A DNA stretch of 64,000 bases from Podarcis muralis (taxonomy: Eukaryota): the NCBI RefSeq assembly GCF_964188315.1, contig NC_135658.1, positions 24,490,001-24,554,000 on the forward strand, read 5' to 3'. Under the pieces are notes generated by a model. It made no database searches, was not told the origin of the DNA, and saw only the letters and a program-made list of their open reading frames with translations. Made by a program: the position numbers and the translations under genes. This document shows positions 61,706 to 64,000 of this stretch, in pieces. How positions within the stretch are numbered: the first letter of the stretch is position 1; each line of letters opens with the position of its first letter.

Positions 61706-61801
61706 TTATGATATTGTTGTGTTTTTTGCATTAATTTCTCAGGCAGCCCATCTTCATCATCAAATTGCTCCATAGGTTCTACAATTACTGGTCGGGGGGT
61801 T
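61706..61801 (-). CDS. PSPC1: PSPC1 exon 3 equivalent (end of RRM2 into NOPS)
   Basis: ctttttaag|A ACC...CAT AA|gtacgt; 96 nt encoding [31 protein letters not shown](K). Confidence 0.97.
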
Positions 61802-62252
61802 CTTAAAAAGAAAACAACATTATAAATGAAACAAACTCCTGTAAAATGAAACTGCGACATAATCTAATATACCAATTATTAATATAATATGCCATAATAT
61901 GCCAATGTCCCCAGTTCACTTATAAATAGCACAAATAAGCAAAATCTGCATGTTGATTTAAATGACTTAAGAAGGAATATTGCTTGCATATAAACACCAG
62001 GGTGCATACAAATTAATTGGATCAGAGTTGACAGTCATACATATTTATGACTAACGATGAAAGGACATGGACAGTTACCTTCCATCTCATAAAGAACACC
62101 AATATACCAAGTAACTACTGGCAGCTTTTGCTTCTTAGGGAGAGCATTTTATTTTGTGTGAGATGGTGCAAGATGACTATGTGACAAAAAGATTTTAAAT
62201 AAAATTACACAATGTGCTGTTTACATGAAACAAGTCAATGTAATTCTAATGT

Positions 62253-62310
62253 AGCTTGACATGATCCCAAGCATTAAGCTATAATTAAGCTTGACATGAT
62301 CCAAAGCATT
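62253..62310. repeat. 23-bp direct duplication
   Basis: agcttgacatgatcc[c/a]aagcatt at 62253-62275 and 62288-62310. Confidence 0.8.
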
Positions 62311-63012
62311 TTTATATACACAATGTCTATCATTTTTCTAAAATAGGCTATATAAAGGCATTGATCCACTTTAAATCAATGTGTTATTTATGTTTATAGC
62401 AACTAATTAGTACATACTTGTTTAGGAAGTACCTAAATAATAAACAGAAAATGTTGATTTAATTTTGTTTGTTTTTTAATGACTAAAGTCACCATGAGTT
62501 AACAATCAACCCGCTCTGTCAAACAACATTTATTTTTATTTAACAAAACCTATCAGAATCTATTGGCTCATGTAGTGGTCTTGCAAACATGTGTACTGTA
62601 CAAATTTTGGGAAAAGGTAATAAAATAATAGGTATACCAGTGCCTTTGACCTCCAAACTCTGTCTTTTATCAATTTTTGATGAACTGAATAGAGTTATAA
62701 TGTAAATCTATTAGAAGCTGATCATTTGACCATATCATATGGCTGAAAGGAGTCCTTGGTTTTTCTTTAAATATTTGGTTCAATAAGGTAATGTTTATTT
62801 TTATTTCTGAGAAACTGGCTTATAAATGAAGGGTATCTCAGGGTGCAGCTAAATTTATGGATTTTACTTCCATTTGGCAGCCATTTGTTGCTTACATGAC
62901 AGCCAAACATGGAGATGGAATATGCAATTATTCATAGCATTAACTTTGTATTCTTTCTGCATCAATATGGTTTGTTGTTACATTTAATTCACCAAGTAGA
63001 GAATATACTTTA

Positions 63013-63221
63013 CAGTAGTACCTCAGATTAAGAACTTAATTCGTTCTGGAGGTCTGTTCTTAACCTGAAGCACCACTTTAGCTAATGGGGCCTCCTGCTG
63101 CCGCTGCGCTGCCACTGCACGATTTCTGTTCTCATCCTGAAGCAAAGTTCTTAACCCGAGGTAATATTTCTGGGTTAGCGGAGACTGTAACCTGAAGCGT
63201 ATGTAACCCAAGGTACCACTG
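63013..63221 (-). mobile_element. Tigger/pogo-type MITE, about 209 bp
   Basis: TA|CAGTAGTACCT...AGGTACCACTG|TA; reverse complement of the 21815-22025 family. Confidence 0.92.
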
Positions 63222-64000
63222 TATTTTGAAGTAATGGCTGTGAACCTGGCTGTTTTGTATTTTATTTCATATTCCTTACCGGATTGTTATTTTAACTTCA
63301 TTGCATAGCCTTGAAATATTTTTTACATACCTTGAGTTTATAAAACCTCAAAGCTGGGCTCCACTGACTGCAGGCAACTGCTGAAGCCCTCACTGAGCTT
63401 ACCAAAGGTATGGGCTGTTAAGGAGCTACCTGTGTTATTCCCACTGCCAGCACAATACTCCACAACAGGGTGTTTTGGGGGAAGAGCAGGCCAAGGCCAA
63501 CCCACTTGTTGAAGAAGTTTGATTTCTCCAAGCCTGCAGCTGATGCAGTAGGAAAATGGCTGATGCCACTCTGAGAAACTTCAGAGCAGATTTACGATAG
63601 CTCTGTAGCTTTATTATTGGTGACACATTCTTACTTCTAAAAGTATTCTCAAAGTTTATTTAGCTCTCTGTGAATACTAACAATCTGAACACTAAAAGGG
63701 CCTAACTCAAAATTACATAGAATATGCACTGGAACCTCAACATCCACAGAAACCGGCAGCATTTTCTCCTGAGCAAAATGTATTTCAAGCCAACTGTTTT
63801 AAGGTCTGTTGCACCTAGTACTTCATTACAGTTCAATGGCTGATTAAAATAATCCCATTTGCAACAAAAATTCCAGAAAGATTTACTACAGGGGGAGAGG
63901 CTTACATAACTGGATACAAAGAAACATATCAAAGTGCCATGGTTATATATGTACCAAGCATGGAATTATAAAAACAATTATTATTTTACAACATATTATT

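Noticed and set aside
745-61801. MPHOSPH8-PSPC1 tail-to-tail adjacency as a novel functional cluster
   Set aside because: The same gene order is known in human, so it is conserved synteny rather than a new system.

Overview
Vertebrate nuclear genomic DNA, AT-rich and intron-dominated. The repeat content (Sauria SINEs, Bov-B, CR1, L2, MIR/Squam3-like SINEs) points to a squamate, probably a lacertid lizard. Two genes lie tail-to-tail. On the + strand are the last six coding exons of MPHOSPH8 (MPP8, HUSH complex; ankyrin repeats plus C-terminal domain; 745-9287, ending VKLLIGAYRVQLP*). On the - strand are seven coding exons of PSPC1 (paraspeckle DBHS protein; human-equivalent exons 3-9; 61801-34076, ending EGPNKRRRY*). 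All 13 exons have AG/GT boundaries and join in frame. The rest is introns and intergenic DNA carrying SINEs, LINE fragments, Tc2-, Tigger- and hAT-type MITEs, two solo LTRs and microsatellites. I found no tRNA/rRNA genes, CRISPR arrays or intact transposase/RT ORFs, and I cannot demonstrate a new biological system from sequence alone. Best leads: (1) a CpG-rich 1033-bp Tc2-type element built almost wholly from stacked hairpins and two tandem-repeat families (11474-12506); (2) candidate distal/poison PSPC1 exons running toward MPHOSPH8, with a back-to-back poly(A) signal pair near 9955-9976; (3) an inverted SINE pair around four MPHOSPH8 exons that would give a stop-free 525-nt circle; (4) a divergent CTCF motif pair between the genes; (5) hairpin-linked microduplications. 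Coordinates were counted by eye; degraded repeat boundaries are approximate.
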